This document shows positions 9,766 through 18,672 of a stretch of DNA of 64,000 nt, in pieces. The notes below the pieces were generated by a model that made no database searches, was not told the origin of the DNA, and saw nothing but the letters and a program-made list of their open reading frames with translations. The stretch lies in IMG/VR virus record IMGVR_UViG_3300030019_000007; one strand, 5' to 3'. Every line of letters begins with the position of its first letter. The stretch's first letter is position 1. This DNA is from a virus (Duplodnaviria > Heunggongvirae > Uroviricota > Caudoviricetes). Made by a program: the position numbers and the translations under genes.

Positions 9766-10446
9766 ATGGCAGGATTTAATATTGATAACAGTGTAAATAC
9801 AAGCACTGGCAAACCTCTTTTAGAAGGTTTTAAAATACATGACGTAGAATTAAAAAACGTTGAAAAAGGTGAGTTTAAAAATGGTGAATTCAAGGTAATT
9901 GTTTGTACTTTCGAGAATGAACATGGTCAATTTAGACATACTATATTTGAACCAAAACCAGAGGATTACAAAAGAACTACATCTCAGTATGGCGAAAACC
10001 CTTCAAGAGTAGAAATCATTTTAGATACATTCAAACAATTAACTGCAGCCGTTAATCCTATATTCTACAAGGAAACTATAGAATCAGGAAAGGGCATCAA
10101 AGCAAATACTTGGGAAAATTTGAGAGACTTATTTGTTAGTGCCTGTAAACCAGGTCTTGGAACAAAAATTCAAATTAAATTGGATAAAAATAGTAAAGGT
10201 GAAGGACAGTTTTCTGGATTTCCTTTAGCAATCGGCAAAGAAGGTGGTGTATATCGTACAACTACTTATATTGGTGAAGGCTTAGGGTTTACTCCTAAAG
10301 AAATCAAGAGAATAGCTGCATTTGTAGCTGCAACTCCTACCACAATGAAAAAACAACCAGCAAATGATGGTTTAGGGGATTTAGACGATGTGCCTGTAAA
10401 GACATCATCTGAAGGATTAGCCTTAAATGATTTAGCTGATTATTGA
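9766..10446 (+). CDS. putative single-stranded DNA-binding protein
   Basis: Beta-rich N-terminus, acidic tail (GLGDLDDVP...DLADY), located between the Sak4-like ATPase and primase; inference. Confidence 0.5.
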   Translation: MAGFNIDNSVNTSTGKPLLEGFKIHDVELKNVEKGEFKNGEFKVIVCTFENEHGQFRHTIFEPKPEDYKRTTSQYGENPSRVEIILDTFKQLTAAVNPIFYKETIESGKGIKANTWENLRDLFVSACKPGLGTKIQIKLDKNSKGEGQFSGFPLAIGKEGGVYRTTTYIGEGLGFTPKEIKRIAAFVAATPTTMKKQPANDGLGDLDDVPVKTSSEGLALNDLADY

Positions 10447-10451
10447 AAATT

Positions 10452-10478
10452 AAAGGGGGGGGGAGTAATCCCCCTTTT
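10452..10478 (+). terminator. intrinsic terminator-like hairpin
   Basis: AAAGGGGG...CCCCCTTTT immediately after the stop codon. Confidence 0.6.
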
Positions 10479-10486
10479 AAAAAATA

Positions 10487-10508
10487 TATATCTAAATATT
10501 TAGATATA
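10487..10508. repeat. perfect 22-bp palindrome TATATCTAAATATTTAGATATA
   Basis: Read directly; 21 nt upstream of the primase ATG. Confidence 0.8.
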
Positions 10509-10529
10509 ACAAAATAAATAAACACATGA

Positions 10530-11570
10530 ATGTTCTCAATTGAAGCACCTATAACTAAAGATAGGTTACTTGCTGCATTTCCGGAAGAGCAATATATGAG
10601 TTACTATTTAGGAGTACCTATTACAAAGAAATTATTTAAATCTCCTCTTAGAGTTGATCATAGAGAGACTTGTAGTTTTTATAGAAGCGATAAAACAGGT
10701 TTACGTTTTAAAGATTTTGGTAATGGGGTAAATTGCAACTTTATAGATATAGTTATGGTTACCAATAACTGTAAATATCACACAGCTCTTAAAATTATTG
10801 CAAATGATTTTGGATTAACAAATACACCTTCTTTAGCAAAAAAACCAATTCCCTTAGAATATAAAGGAGAAGTACTAGATAACAAAGAATCTTGTAATAT
10901 TGGAATAGAAGTAAAGGATTTTACAGAGAAAGAATTACTATGGTGGAATAATTTTGGAGTTTCTCCTGAGTTGCTTCAGAAAGGTAGGGTTTACTCAGTA
11001 AAAACTGTATTTTTAAATAAGATTCCAGCCTTTTTTTCAAGTGACAAAGTTCCTATTTATGGTTATTTTTTCGGTCATGAAGAAGATAAAGAATTGTGGA
11101 AAATATATTTCCCAACAAAACAAAAATATAGATTTTTATTAAATACTTCTAAGTTACAAGGGTTACATATGTTACCTAAAACTGGTGAATTATTGATAAT
11201 TACAAAATCTATGAAGGATGTATTGGCTTTAAGAGGACTAGGTTATTATGCAATAGCTCCACAATCTGAAAATTCATATCCAAAGAAGGAACATTTTGAA
11301 GCACTTAGTAAAAGATTCACTAATATAGTGTTTTGGTATGATAATGATAGGCCTGGCCTCAAAAGTATGTCTACTTTAAGGAAGATGTATAGAGCAATGT
11401 TCTATTGGATACCACTATGTGACAAAGTAAAGGATATTTCCGACTACTATAAAAAATACGGAAGAGACAAAACTTCATTGCTTTTAAAGCAATTAGAAGA
11501 AAATATTAAAACAGGTAAACTTGATTATCATTTATTAAAATATGATAGAGCTCAAAAACAAGGGACCTAA
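10530..11570 (+). CDS. DNA primase (DnaG-like, TOPRIM)
   Basis: SPLRVD...CSF...FKDFG N-terminal domain; ITKSMKDV; YDNDRPG; KDISDY. Confidence 0.85.
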   Translation: MFSIEAPITKDRLLAAFPEEQYMSYYLGVPITKKLFKSPLRVDHRETCSFYRSDKTGLRFKDFGNGVNCNFIDIVMVTNNCKYHTALKIIANDFGLTNTPSLAKKPIPLEYKGEVLDNKESCNIGIEVKDFTEKELLWWNNFGVSPELLQKGRVYSVKTVFLNKIPAFFSSDKVPIYGYFFGHEEDKELWKIYFPTKQKYRFLLNTSKLQGLHMLPKTGELLIITKSMKDVLALRGLGYYAIAPQSENSYPKKEHFEALSKRFTNIVFWYDNDRPGLKSMSTLRKMYRAMFYWIPLCDKVKDISDYYKKYGRDKTSLLLKQLEENIKTGKLDYHLLKYDRAQKQGT

Positions 11571-11706
11571 AAAAAGTAAAATCAAGAAATTCCCTGAATG
11601 GGTTATATATGGCAATGCTGCCTCTCTAAAACTTTGGGAAGAAGCATGGCATCAAGCCTTTCTTGATTACATAAAGAGTCAGAATTTTGGTCAAGATAAA
11701 AAATAA
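11542..11706 (+). CDS. small hypothetical protein (54 aa)
   Basis: MIELKNKGPKKSKIKKFPEW...; fills the gap between primase and the nuclease. Confidence 0.5.
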   Translation: MIELKNKGPKKSKIKKFPEWVIYGNAASLKLWEEAWHQAFLDYIKSQNFGQDKK

Positions 11707-12175
11707 AAAAATAAAAAGTGATAAAGTTGTAATTCCAAGAGTTAAAAAATCTCGGTCTATTAAGTCAGAATATGATGGAATAAAGTTTCAAAGTAATTTA
11801 GAAGTATTTTGTTATAAAGCATTGAAAACCGCTGGATTAGCATTTGAATATGAACCTACTACTTATACTCTTATTCCATCTTTTAAGTCTATAGGAGTTT
11901 CTTATGAGGCTGATAAACGAAGTGGAAAACTTCTTACACCTAAATCACAGAATCTACAAAGTATAAAGTATACTCCTGACTTTGTTGGGCATAACTGGAT
12001 TATTGAGACAAAAGGAGCACAAACTGATGTATTTAATATGAGATTTAAACTTTTTAAAAAGTATCTTATGGATAATAAATTAGATTATACTCTATATATG
12101 CCTAAAAATCATTTACAAGTAGATCAAGTAATTAAATTAATTCAAAAACAAGATGGAGAAGAAGCTAGAACTTGA
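11687..12175 (+). CDS. PD-(D/E)XK endonuclease (resolvase-like)
   Basis: FQSNLE, FEYEP, YTPDF...IIETKG. Confidence 0.8.
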   Translation: MVKIKNKKIKSDKVVIPRVKKSRSIKSEYDGIKFQSNLEVFCYKALKTAGLAFEYEPTTYTLIPSFKSIGVSYEADKRSGKLLTPKSQNLQSIKYTPDFVGHNWIIETKGAQTDVFNMRFKLFKKYLMDNKLDYTLYMPKNHLQVDQVIKLIQKQDGEEART

Positions 12176-12332
12176 AATAAGTCCTTTAGAGTTAGCTAAT
12201 TTAACTTATGGTACAGATAAAAGAGTAATCAGTAAAATGACTGCTAATGATGCCATTGGTAGAAATATGGTAGCTACTGCTTTTATGAAGCACTTTAATA
12301 TAAAATTAAAGACAGATGAAAATAGGAAATAA
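12153..12332 (+). CDS. small hypothetical protein (59 aa)
   Basis: MEKKLELEISPLELANL...; co-directional ORF filling the gap. Confidence 0.55.
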   Translation: MEKKLELEISPLELANLTYGTDKRVISKMTANDAIGRNMVATAFMKHFNIKLKTDENRK

Positions 12333-12558
12333 TGTTGATATAGAATTCTTTGATCCTCAAGTAGATTTACCTGATGATCGTGAAATGGTTCTGGTAATAA
12401 TAAAAAAAGATGCTGTATGGAAAGGTACCCCACAACAAATGTGTATATGTACTATGTACAGACCTAGAAAAAGTCCTCCTAGATTTTCTGATGCTGAGGG
12501 ATATAAATGCTATACAGTTGATCATGTTGAATTGTGGGGTAAATTAAAAGAAAAATGA
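12316..12558 (+). CDS. tandem paralog 1 (EFFDP...WGxL family)
   Basis: IEFFDPQVDLP...VLVII...WGKLK. Confidence 0.75.
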   Translation: MKIGNNVDIEFFDPQVDLPDDREMVLVIIKKDAVWKGTPQQMCICTMYRPRKSPPRFSDAEGYKCYTVDHVELWGKLKEK

Positions 12559-12806
12559 GAGTATTTGAAAATATTGAAATAGAATTCTTCGATCCGCAGG
12601 ATCAAGTACCAAATTCTAGAGAAACAGTTATAATAATTTTAAAAACTGGAGTTTCAAGAAGACAAATGAATGTAAATGGTTTAATCCAATGTAGATTTTA
12701 TCAGTATAAAACTGTTAAATCAAAATTTGAACATATTGCTGGAGTTGGTTATGGAAAGTACTTACTATCAGAAGTAAAGTGTTGGGGAAGGTTGGTGAAA
12801 TCATGA
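12555..12806 (+). CDS. tandem paralog 2
   Basis: IEFFDPQDQVP...VIIIL...CWGRLV. Confidence 0.8.
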   Translation: MRVFENIEIEFFDPQDQVPNSRETVIIILKTGVSRRQMNVNGLIQCRFYQYKTVKSKFEHIAGVGYGKYLLSEVKCWGRLVKS

Positions 12807-13090
12807 AAATTTTTGAAGGAGTTGAAATAGAAATGTTTGATCCTCAAGATGAAAGTCCTATTGATGGAGAATTTGTTCTTATAGTTTTAAGAAAAGAAAT
12901 ACCTCAAAGAAGTTATGTGGATTATAAAAAAATCACTCAACTAATAGGTAATCCTCCATTTTCTCTTTTAAGAATTTGTAGAACTAAAGTTTATAGACAA
13001 AACAGAATTGTATTTTTTGATTCAGTCAATAAAGCACATGAACAACATACTATAGATGACATAATTTGTTGGGGGAGATTAAAACCATGA
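12803..13090 (+). CDS. tandem paralog 3
   Basis: IEMFDPQDESP...VLIVL...CWGRLK; start moved to the ATGA overlap. Confidence 0.8.
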   Translation: MKIFEGVEIEMFDPQDESPIDGEFVLIVLRKEIPQRSYVDYKKITQLIGNPPFSLLRICRTKVYRQNRIVFFDSVNKAHEQHTIDDIICWGRLKP

Positions 13091-13320
13091 GTATAAGAGT
13101 ATTTGAAGAATTAGAAATGGAGTTTTTTGACCCAAAAGACGAATTGCCTGCAAGTCATGAAAGAGTAATGATTATTTTAAAAGCTGGTAGCCCAGAATTT
13201 AAGTATGTTACTTTAGTTAAATATGCAACAGTTCCACCTAAATTTGTGGAATTCGAAAAATATCCTCTTAGATTTACAATAAATCAGGTTCGTTGCTGGG
13301 GTAGATTAAAAAAGAAATAA
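13087..13320 (+). CDS. tandem paralog 4
   Basis: MEFFDPKDELP...VMIIL...CWGRLK. Confidence 0.8.
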   Translation: MSIRVFEELEMEFFDPKDELPASHERVMIILKAGSPEFKYVTLVKYATVPPKFVEFEKYPLRFTINQVRCWGRLKKK

Positions 13321-14132
13321 TGGAAGATAATAAAGAAAAAGCATTACGATTTAATACGGATAAATTAAGGTATGATCTCATACCACCCTCAACTTTACAT
13401 GGCTTAGCACAAGTATTAACATACGGTGACAATAAGTATAAAAGTAAAGGAGGAGAGAGAAATTGGGAAAAAGGACTATCCTGGGAATCAGTAGGAGCTA
13501 GTTTATTTAGACACTTTGAATTATGGAGATCTGGTGAAGATTTCGATTCAGAAAGTGGATTGTTACATATAGATCATGTCTTGACTAATGCAGCATTTAT
13601 TAAAGAATACTATAGTACTCATCCTGAATTGGATAATCGCCCAAAACCATGGAGTAAATACAATAACAAAATTGCTTTAGACCTCGATGATTGTGTTTTC
13701 GATTGGAGTCCTACTTTTGCAAAAAGGTATGATATCAAAGAAAAAATGATGTGGTGGGATTTTAGTTATGCTACTCAGGACCAGTTGAAAGAACTGGAAA
13801 GTGATAAAGAATTTTGGGTTAATTTGCCTGTAAAGCATTTTCCAAAATTTGTGCCTCACTGTTATATTACGGCACGCTCTATTCCAATTGAATGGATTAA
13901 AGAGTCTTTAGAGAAGAATAATTTACCTTGTAGGCCTATTTATATAGTACCTTGGGGTCAATCAAAAAAAGAAGTACTGAAACAATCAGGTGCTAATATA
14001 TTGATTGATGATAAATTAGACAATATGATTGAAGCCGAAGAAATAGGAATCACTGCATATTTAATGGATACTCCTGCAAACCAAAAGTTTGATGTTGGAG
14101 CAAGAAGACTTTACAATTTAGATGGATTCTAA
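13320..14132 (+). CDS. DUF5664-like (dATP/dGTP diphosphohydrolase N-terminal domain) fused to a HAD-type 5'-deoxynucleotidase-like domain
   Basis: KLRYDLIPP...KY...NWEKG...RH...ESGLLHIDH, then ALDLDD...LIDDK. Confidence 0.72.
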   Translation: MEDNKEKALRFNTDKLRYDLIPPSTLHGLAQVLTYGDNKYKSKGGERNWEKGLSWESVGASLFRHFELWRSGEDFDSESGLLHIDHVLTNAAFIKEYYSTHPELDNRPKPWSKYNNKIALDLDDCVFDWSPTFAKRYDIKEKMMWWDFSYATQDQLKELESDKEFWVNLPVKHFPKFVPHCYITARSIPIEWIKESLEKNNLPCRPIYIVPWGQSKKEVLKQSGANILIDDKLDNMIEAEEIGITAYLMDTPANQKFDVGARRLYNLDGF

Positions 14133-14371
14133 TGAACTGGGATTTAATTCAAAAAATAACTAGTGTCTCTTATGATAATGATGGTGTAATTAAATATGCT
14201 TTATCAGAATTACAAAATGGTAGAATAGAATTATATCACAACCAAGGTAATCCACCTTATAATCATATGAGATATGTATGTAATCTAGAAAAAGAATATT
14301 TACCTATTATTATAGAATTAATTAACAACCCTGTAAAGTCAATAGATAAACAACAATTACAAAAATTATAG
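14132..14371 (+). CDS. hypothetical protein (79 aa)
   Basis: TAATG-coupled ORF ending in TAG. Confidence 0.7.
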   Translation: MNWDLIQKITSVSYDNDGVIKYALSELQNGRIELYHNQGNPPYNHMRYVCNLEKEYLPIIIELINNPVKSIDKQQLQKL

Positions 14372-14377
14372 ATACGG

Positions 14378-17029
14378 ATGGCTGTATTAAACCAAGAAGT
14401 TACCGAGGGTAAATCCGGGTACAAAAAAGAAATAGATGAAGGTGGACTTTCATTGTTATTAGATACTGTACAGATATATATATATCAGTTTCCAGTCAAA
14501 TCATCGACTAGAGAAGCAGTTTCAAATTCCATTGACTCTATAACAGAGAAGAACATAGCTAAGATTCTATTAAAGGACCCTCAACGGGTAAATGAATTTT
14601 ACGTAGAAAGAGAAGGAGACATATATAAGGATAGTAGATTCGATAAAGATTACTACGACCCAAATTGGCTATCCTCAGACGATACTGTTTATATCAATTA
14701 TAAAGAAACAGGCCCTACTGAATTGAGGGATAAAATATCAATCAAAGACAATGGTGTTGGGTTAGGAGCAAAAAGACTTGAAGGGTATATGAAGATTTCA
14801 TATAGTTCTAAACGACTTAGTACTAAAACTTTAGGCACCTTTGGATTAGGCTGTAAAGCTCCTTTATCAACTGGAGCAGATTTCTACTCGCTTAATACCG
14901 CACATAATGGAAAAGAATTCTCTTTCTTAATCTACAAAGATAAGATTGATAATGCTTATTCTAAATGGAATCCAGATGGTACAACTAATGATTTTATTGT
15001 TTTTGCTCAGGGAACTGATCATGAATATAAAGTTTACTATAGAAAGACCACTAAAAAGAACTATGCAGAAGTTTCTTGGGATGTTAAGAAACATCAAAAG
15101 AGAGATTACATAGATGCAATCAAATCACAGCTATTATATCTAAAAAATCCCATTCAATTTAAATTGGACCATGGAAATGGTTATGTGGAGAATATAGAAT
15201 TTCAAGCTAAGATTTTACATGAGACCGAAGACTATATTCTTGCTGAACAGCATTATTATTCTCGTCCCCACCTCATAATCAATGGAATCTGTTATGGTTT
15301 CATTGACTTTCGAGAATTAGAATTAGATGATAAATATGGGTCTATTGGATTAAAGATGAACATTGATGACATCAGTGTTACTCCATCCAGAGAATCATGT
15401 GTTTGGAATACTAAAACTAAAGATGCCACTCTTAAAACATACGATAATCTTGCAAAGAGTTCTGAGAAACTTATAAATGAAACTTTAAGTAACTTAGGAT
15501 TAATTGATTGGATTAAAGCATGTAAGTCTATTAATCAGATTAATTATGATGCTACTAAAGAGATTAAAGTATTAGCTAACTTAGCTAGTCTTACTGGCTT
15601 CTCTTCTATGTCTTTAAAGTATAAAGATACCTCTCTAAAATATAGTAATTCTATACCTACATTATGTGGGTCAACACAAATAGAAGCTCATTTAGTAAGG
15701 AGAATATCTGAGTACAATAGATCAAAAGGTAAGAGTATAACACGTTTAAATTCTACTCAAATCACTGATACTACTTCATTAGGTATCTCTGATGTTTACT
15801 TACAATATAGTGGAGGTAATTCATTAAAATCTTCCTATATTACTGCTAATGATAAAACAGCTGTAATAATCAAACCTGCTTCTAGAAGTGGAGATGAATT
15901 TAAAGAAATTGTTGGCAATCTCATTAATGGTGTAACTACTTATGATGAAGCAGCTGCTTTAATTCCTTTAATGGAAATTCTTAAAGCAACAGAAGATGCT
16001 ACTAAATTAAAGGATAAAATCAAAAATTATACTAAAGGACTTTATTTTGTGTCTCTATTATTAAAGGAAAAAACTTTAAAATATGAAGAAATAGATGTTC
16101 CGTTAACTTTTAAAGGGTTATTAGATAGTACAGAAGCTGAAGAATTAGTAGATACTACTGAGGAAATAGAAGCTGCTGAAAAAATTGATTATAGTAAACT
16201 AAGAAAGTTAAATGGAAAAGTTTTAATTCAGTATCCTAGAATTGAACAAGGTCCTCAAGTAATAGCAAGTAAAACAGAAATGAAATTATCAGATTTAGCA
16301 GATTGCCCAGATAAAATCGTATATGGCACTAAAGAAGATTTACCTCTTCTGCATTTCTTATATATGGTGAGTAAAGAGGATAAAAATCAAATTGATGATT
16401 CCTCTCTTAAGTTTAAAGGAAACCCTAGAGTATGTATTGTATCTCAACAAGTTGTAAAACACTTTAAACCATTTGATACAGTAAGTACTTATTTATTCGG
16501 AGCAGAGGGCAAAACTCTTTGTCCTGAATTAAAAAGAATCTTTACTGCCAGATGGATGGTGAACAAGATTGATGGGAAAAATAGATATTTTGGTAAACTT
16601 GCGGAATTTAGTGCAACTTTAGCTAGTACCTATACTGAGATTACTAAATATATAACAGATCACAATCGTGTATACGGTTGGGCAGATTTATTTGGTAAAT
16701 TACCTGCGGATAAACAAACTTTTATCACTAATAGTGTAGAAGTTCAAACATGGATATTAGTAGATGGTTTAGAAGAAGCCACTAAAAAATGTATTGAAAA
16801 ATACGGAACTGATAATTATATTAATGTTGAGGTATTTGATTCAGCTATAATTGAAAAAGCTGAATGGGTCTTAGATTTTGACAAAGTATTCGGTATCATC
16901 TTTGCAGAGATAGGTTCTTTGAACGACTATCATGCTAAAATTACTCCACAGCTTGCTATGGAGATTAAGGAAATAATTGAGTTTAAAAAGGATAGACTTG
17001 AAAAAGATTATCCAGACTTGTGTTGTTAA
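14378..17029 (+). CDS. rIIA-like protein (N-terminal GHKL ATPase)
   Basis: REAVSNSIDS, IKDNGVGL, GTFGLGCK, followed by the rIIB-like gene. Confidence 0.75.
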   Translation: MAVLNQEVTEGKSGYKKEIDEGGLSLLLDTVQIYIYQFPVKSSTREAVSNSIDSITEKNIAKILLKDPQRVNEFYVEREGDIYKDSRFDKDYYDPNWLSSDDTVYINYKETGPTELRDKISIKDNGVGLGAKRLEGYMKISYSSKRLSTKTLGTFGLGCKAPLSTGADFYSLNTAHNGKEFSFLIYKDKIDNAYSKWNPDGTTNDFIVFAQGTDHEYKVYYRKTTKKNYAEVSWDVKKHQKRDYIDAIKSQLLYLKNPIQFKLDHGNGYVENIEFQAKILHETEDYILAEQHYYSRPHLIINGICYGFIDFRELELDDKYGSIGLKMNIDDISVTPSRESCVWNTKTKDATLKTYDNLAKSSEKLINETLSNLGLIDWIKACKSINQINYDATKEIKVLANLASLTGFSSMSLKYKDTSLKYSNSIPTLCGSTQIEAHLVRRISEYNRSKGKSITRLNSTQITDTTSLGISDVYLQYSGGNSLKSSYITANDKTAVIIKPASRSGDEFKEIVGNLINGVTTYDEAAALIPLMEILKATEDATKLKDKIKNYTKGLYFVSLLLKEKTLKYEEIDVPLTFKGLLDSTEAEELVDTTEEIEAAEKIDYSKLRKLNGKVLIQYPRIEQGPQVIASKTEMKLSDLADCPDKIVYGTKEDLPLLHFLYMVSKEDKNQIDDSSLKFKGNPRVCIVSQQVVKHFKPFDTVSTYLFGAEGKTLCPELKRIFTARWMVNKIDGKNRYFGKLAEFSATLASTYTEITKYITDHNRVYGWADLFGKLPADKQTFITNSVEVQTWILVDGLEEATKKCIEKYGTDNYINVEVFDSAIIEKAEWVLDFDKVFGIIFAEIGSLNDYHAKITPQLAMEIKEIIEFKKDRLEKDYPDLCC

Positions 17030-17059
17030 GTGTAAATAAAAAATTAAAAATCAAATCAC

Positions 17060-18202
17060 ATGGAATTGTTGATTAACAAAATTGGAGAACGCCTCTCCGG
17101 AGTTATTGGCGACAAAAAGTATAACGTAGCATTTACAGCAGAACTGTATGCTAAATTACAAAATAGAGAAGCTGCATTTGCAAATGCTGACTCTATGGAG
17201 GAAGCTCAACAAATTATTGCTGATACTTTGCCTTTAATTCAAACAAATGTACAAGAGATTGTTACCACTACTTGCCCATTCTTAGTTTTCAATGGTAAAA
17301 CAAACAGGTATTACCTAAAAAATCGTGGTGTAACTTCTTCTCATCCGGTACCTACTCCACTTGTGGATTGGATCATCGAGAGCATTGAGAAAGGTATTAG
17401 CTACGAACCAGTTGTATTGGCTTGGGTTAGATTCCTAAGAAATCCTTTCTTCACTGAAGAAAAAGCAGAGAGATTTGCTAAATATCTAACTACTACTGTA
17501 GTAGATAATAAAGAAATGAAACGTTTAATGGAAGAAGACGGTCTTACCGCTGAAGTTGCCAAAGAACGTGCTACATTTAGAGATGTATCTCTAAGTAAAA
17601 CCGGTATGATTTCTACCTATAAATATGGTAAAATCAAATTTACCAAGTTTGATAAAACTACTGGTGATTCAGTAGATCGTTATGTTAAAACATACGATGA
17701 AGAATCTGGTAAAGTAACCGTAGCTCTTCCTTCTTGGGCTGAAGATTTTGTACTTATTCCACCTATTCAAGGTGAAAGTAATGATGCAGTCTCCATTAAT
17801 GGTGGTGTACCAGTACACAGAATTCAAGTTGGTGGTGTACACACTCTACCTGAGTGGAGTATGGTAAATACTCACAATGATAACATGTCTAAGGGCTTGT
17901 GGATCGGTGGTCTTTCCTATATCAAAGCTTACGATGCAGAAGATCGTCTTCTGATGAACTGTTTTGTGGATCCAGCAAATATTGGAGCTTTTTACCATGG
18001 TGATAACTTCGATGCTTTGATGGTGAAAGAATATTTTGTTCACTCTGCAGTTTTTGCTCCAAACAAAAATCTATACAGAGAATCTGATTATGCTTCTCAT
18101 ACAGAAGCAGAATGGGATAAACTACGTAGCGAGGCTATCAAACTTTCTGACAAGAAAATTGAGAAACTTAAAGCTCAACAAGCTGAGATCAATAGTCTAT
18201 AA
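17060..18202 (+). CDS. rIIB-like protein
   Basis: LVLAWVRFLRNP; C-terminal SKGLWIGGLSY...CFVDPANIG...KEY; adjacent to the rIIA-like gene. Confidence 0.65.
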   Translation: MELLINKIGERLSGVIGDKKYNVAFTAELYAKLQNREAAFANADSMEEAQQIIADTLPLIQTNVQEIVTTTCPFLVFNGKTNRYYLKNRGVTSSHPVPTPLVDWIIESIEKGISYEPVVLAWVRFLRNPFFTEEKAERFAKYLTTTVVDNKEMKRLMEEDGLTAEVAKERATFRDVSLSKTGMISTYKYGKIKFTKFDKTTGDSVDRYVKTYDEESGKVTVALPSWAEDFVLIPPIQGESNDAVSINGGVPVHRIQVGGVHTLPEWSMVNTHNDNMSKGLWIGGLSYIKAYDAEDRLLMNCFVDPANIGAFYHGDNFDALMVKEYFVHSAVFAPNKNLYRESDYASHTEAEWDKLRSEAIKLSDKKIEKLKAQQAEINSL

Positions 18203-18204
18203 AT

Positions 18205-18231
18205 AAAAGCCCGGGATTTCCGGGCTTTTTT
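18205..18231 (+). terminator. intrinsic terminator
   Basis: AAAAGCCCGG-GATTT-CCGGGCTTTTTT. Confidence 0.85.
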
Positions 18232-18243
18232 AATTTTAATTTA

Positions 18244-18672
18244 ATGCAAAAATTATTACAAAAAGCTGTAGCTAGTCTACAGAATACGAAAAAAGCAGAA
18301 GTTGCTGCAAATGTTAATACAACGGTAATTTCTCCTGAATTAGAGTATTACAATCAAGAAGACCCAGAAGAATGCGATTGTGAAGCAATCATGACTTTTT
18401 TAACTAATACTGAATTTGAAACACTTACTCTTACTGGAGAGTGTTACGATGAAATTGAATATCTATGTGATGATGAACGTCTATTTGACTATGTCACAGC
18501 TATTCTAGAAGATTTAAATGTTCCTGACGAAGAGATTGATAATTATATATGTGGTATTACCCTTGATGATTCATTTCTTGATTTTGATGAACAAATAGGT
18601 GGAGACATCTTAGTTAGTGTTAATACTCATGCACTTTATGAGTTTTTAATTGACATTCAAACAGCATATTAA
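18244..18672 (+). CDS. acidic hypothetical protein
   Basis: 142 aa, very D/E-rich. Confidence 0.7.
   Translation: MQKLLQKAVASLQNTKKAEVAANVNTTVISPELEYYNQEDPEECDCEAIMTFLTNTEFETLTLTGECYDEIEYLCDDERLFDYVTAILEDLNVPDEEIDNYICGITLDDSFLDFDEQIGGDILVSVNTHALYEFLIDIQTAY

Noticed and set aside
13320-14132. 2-aminoadenine (Z) genome system
   Set aside because: No purZ or HD-type dATPase in this window; the hydrolase alone is insufficient evidence
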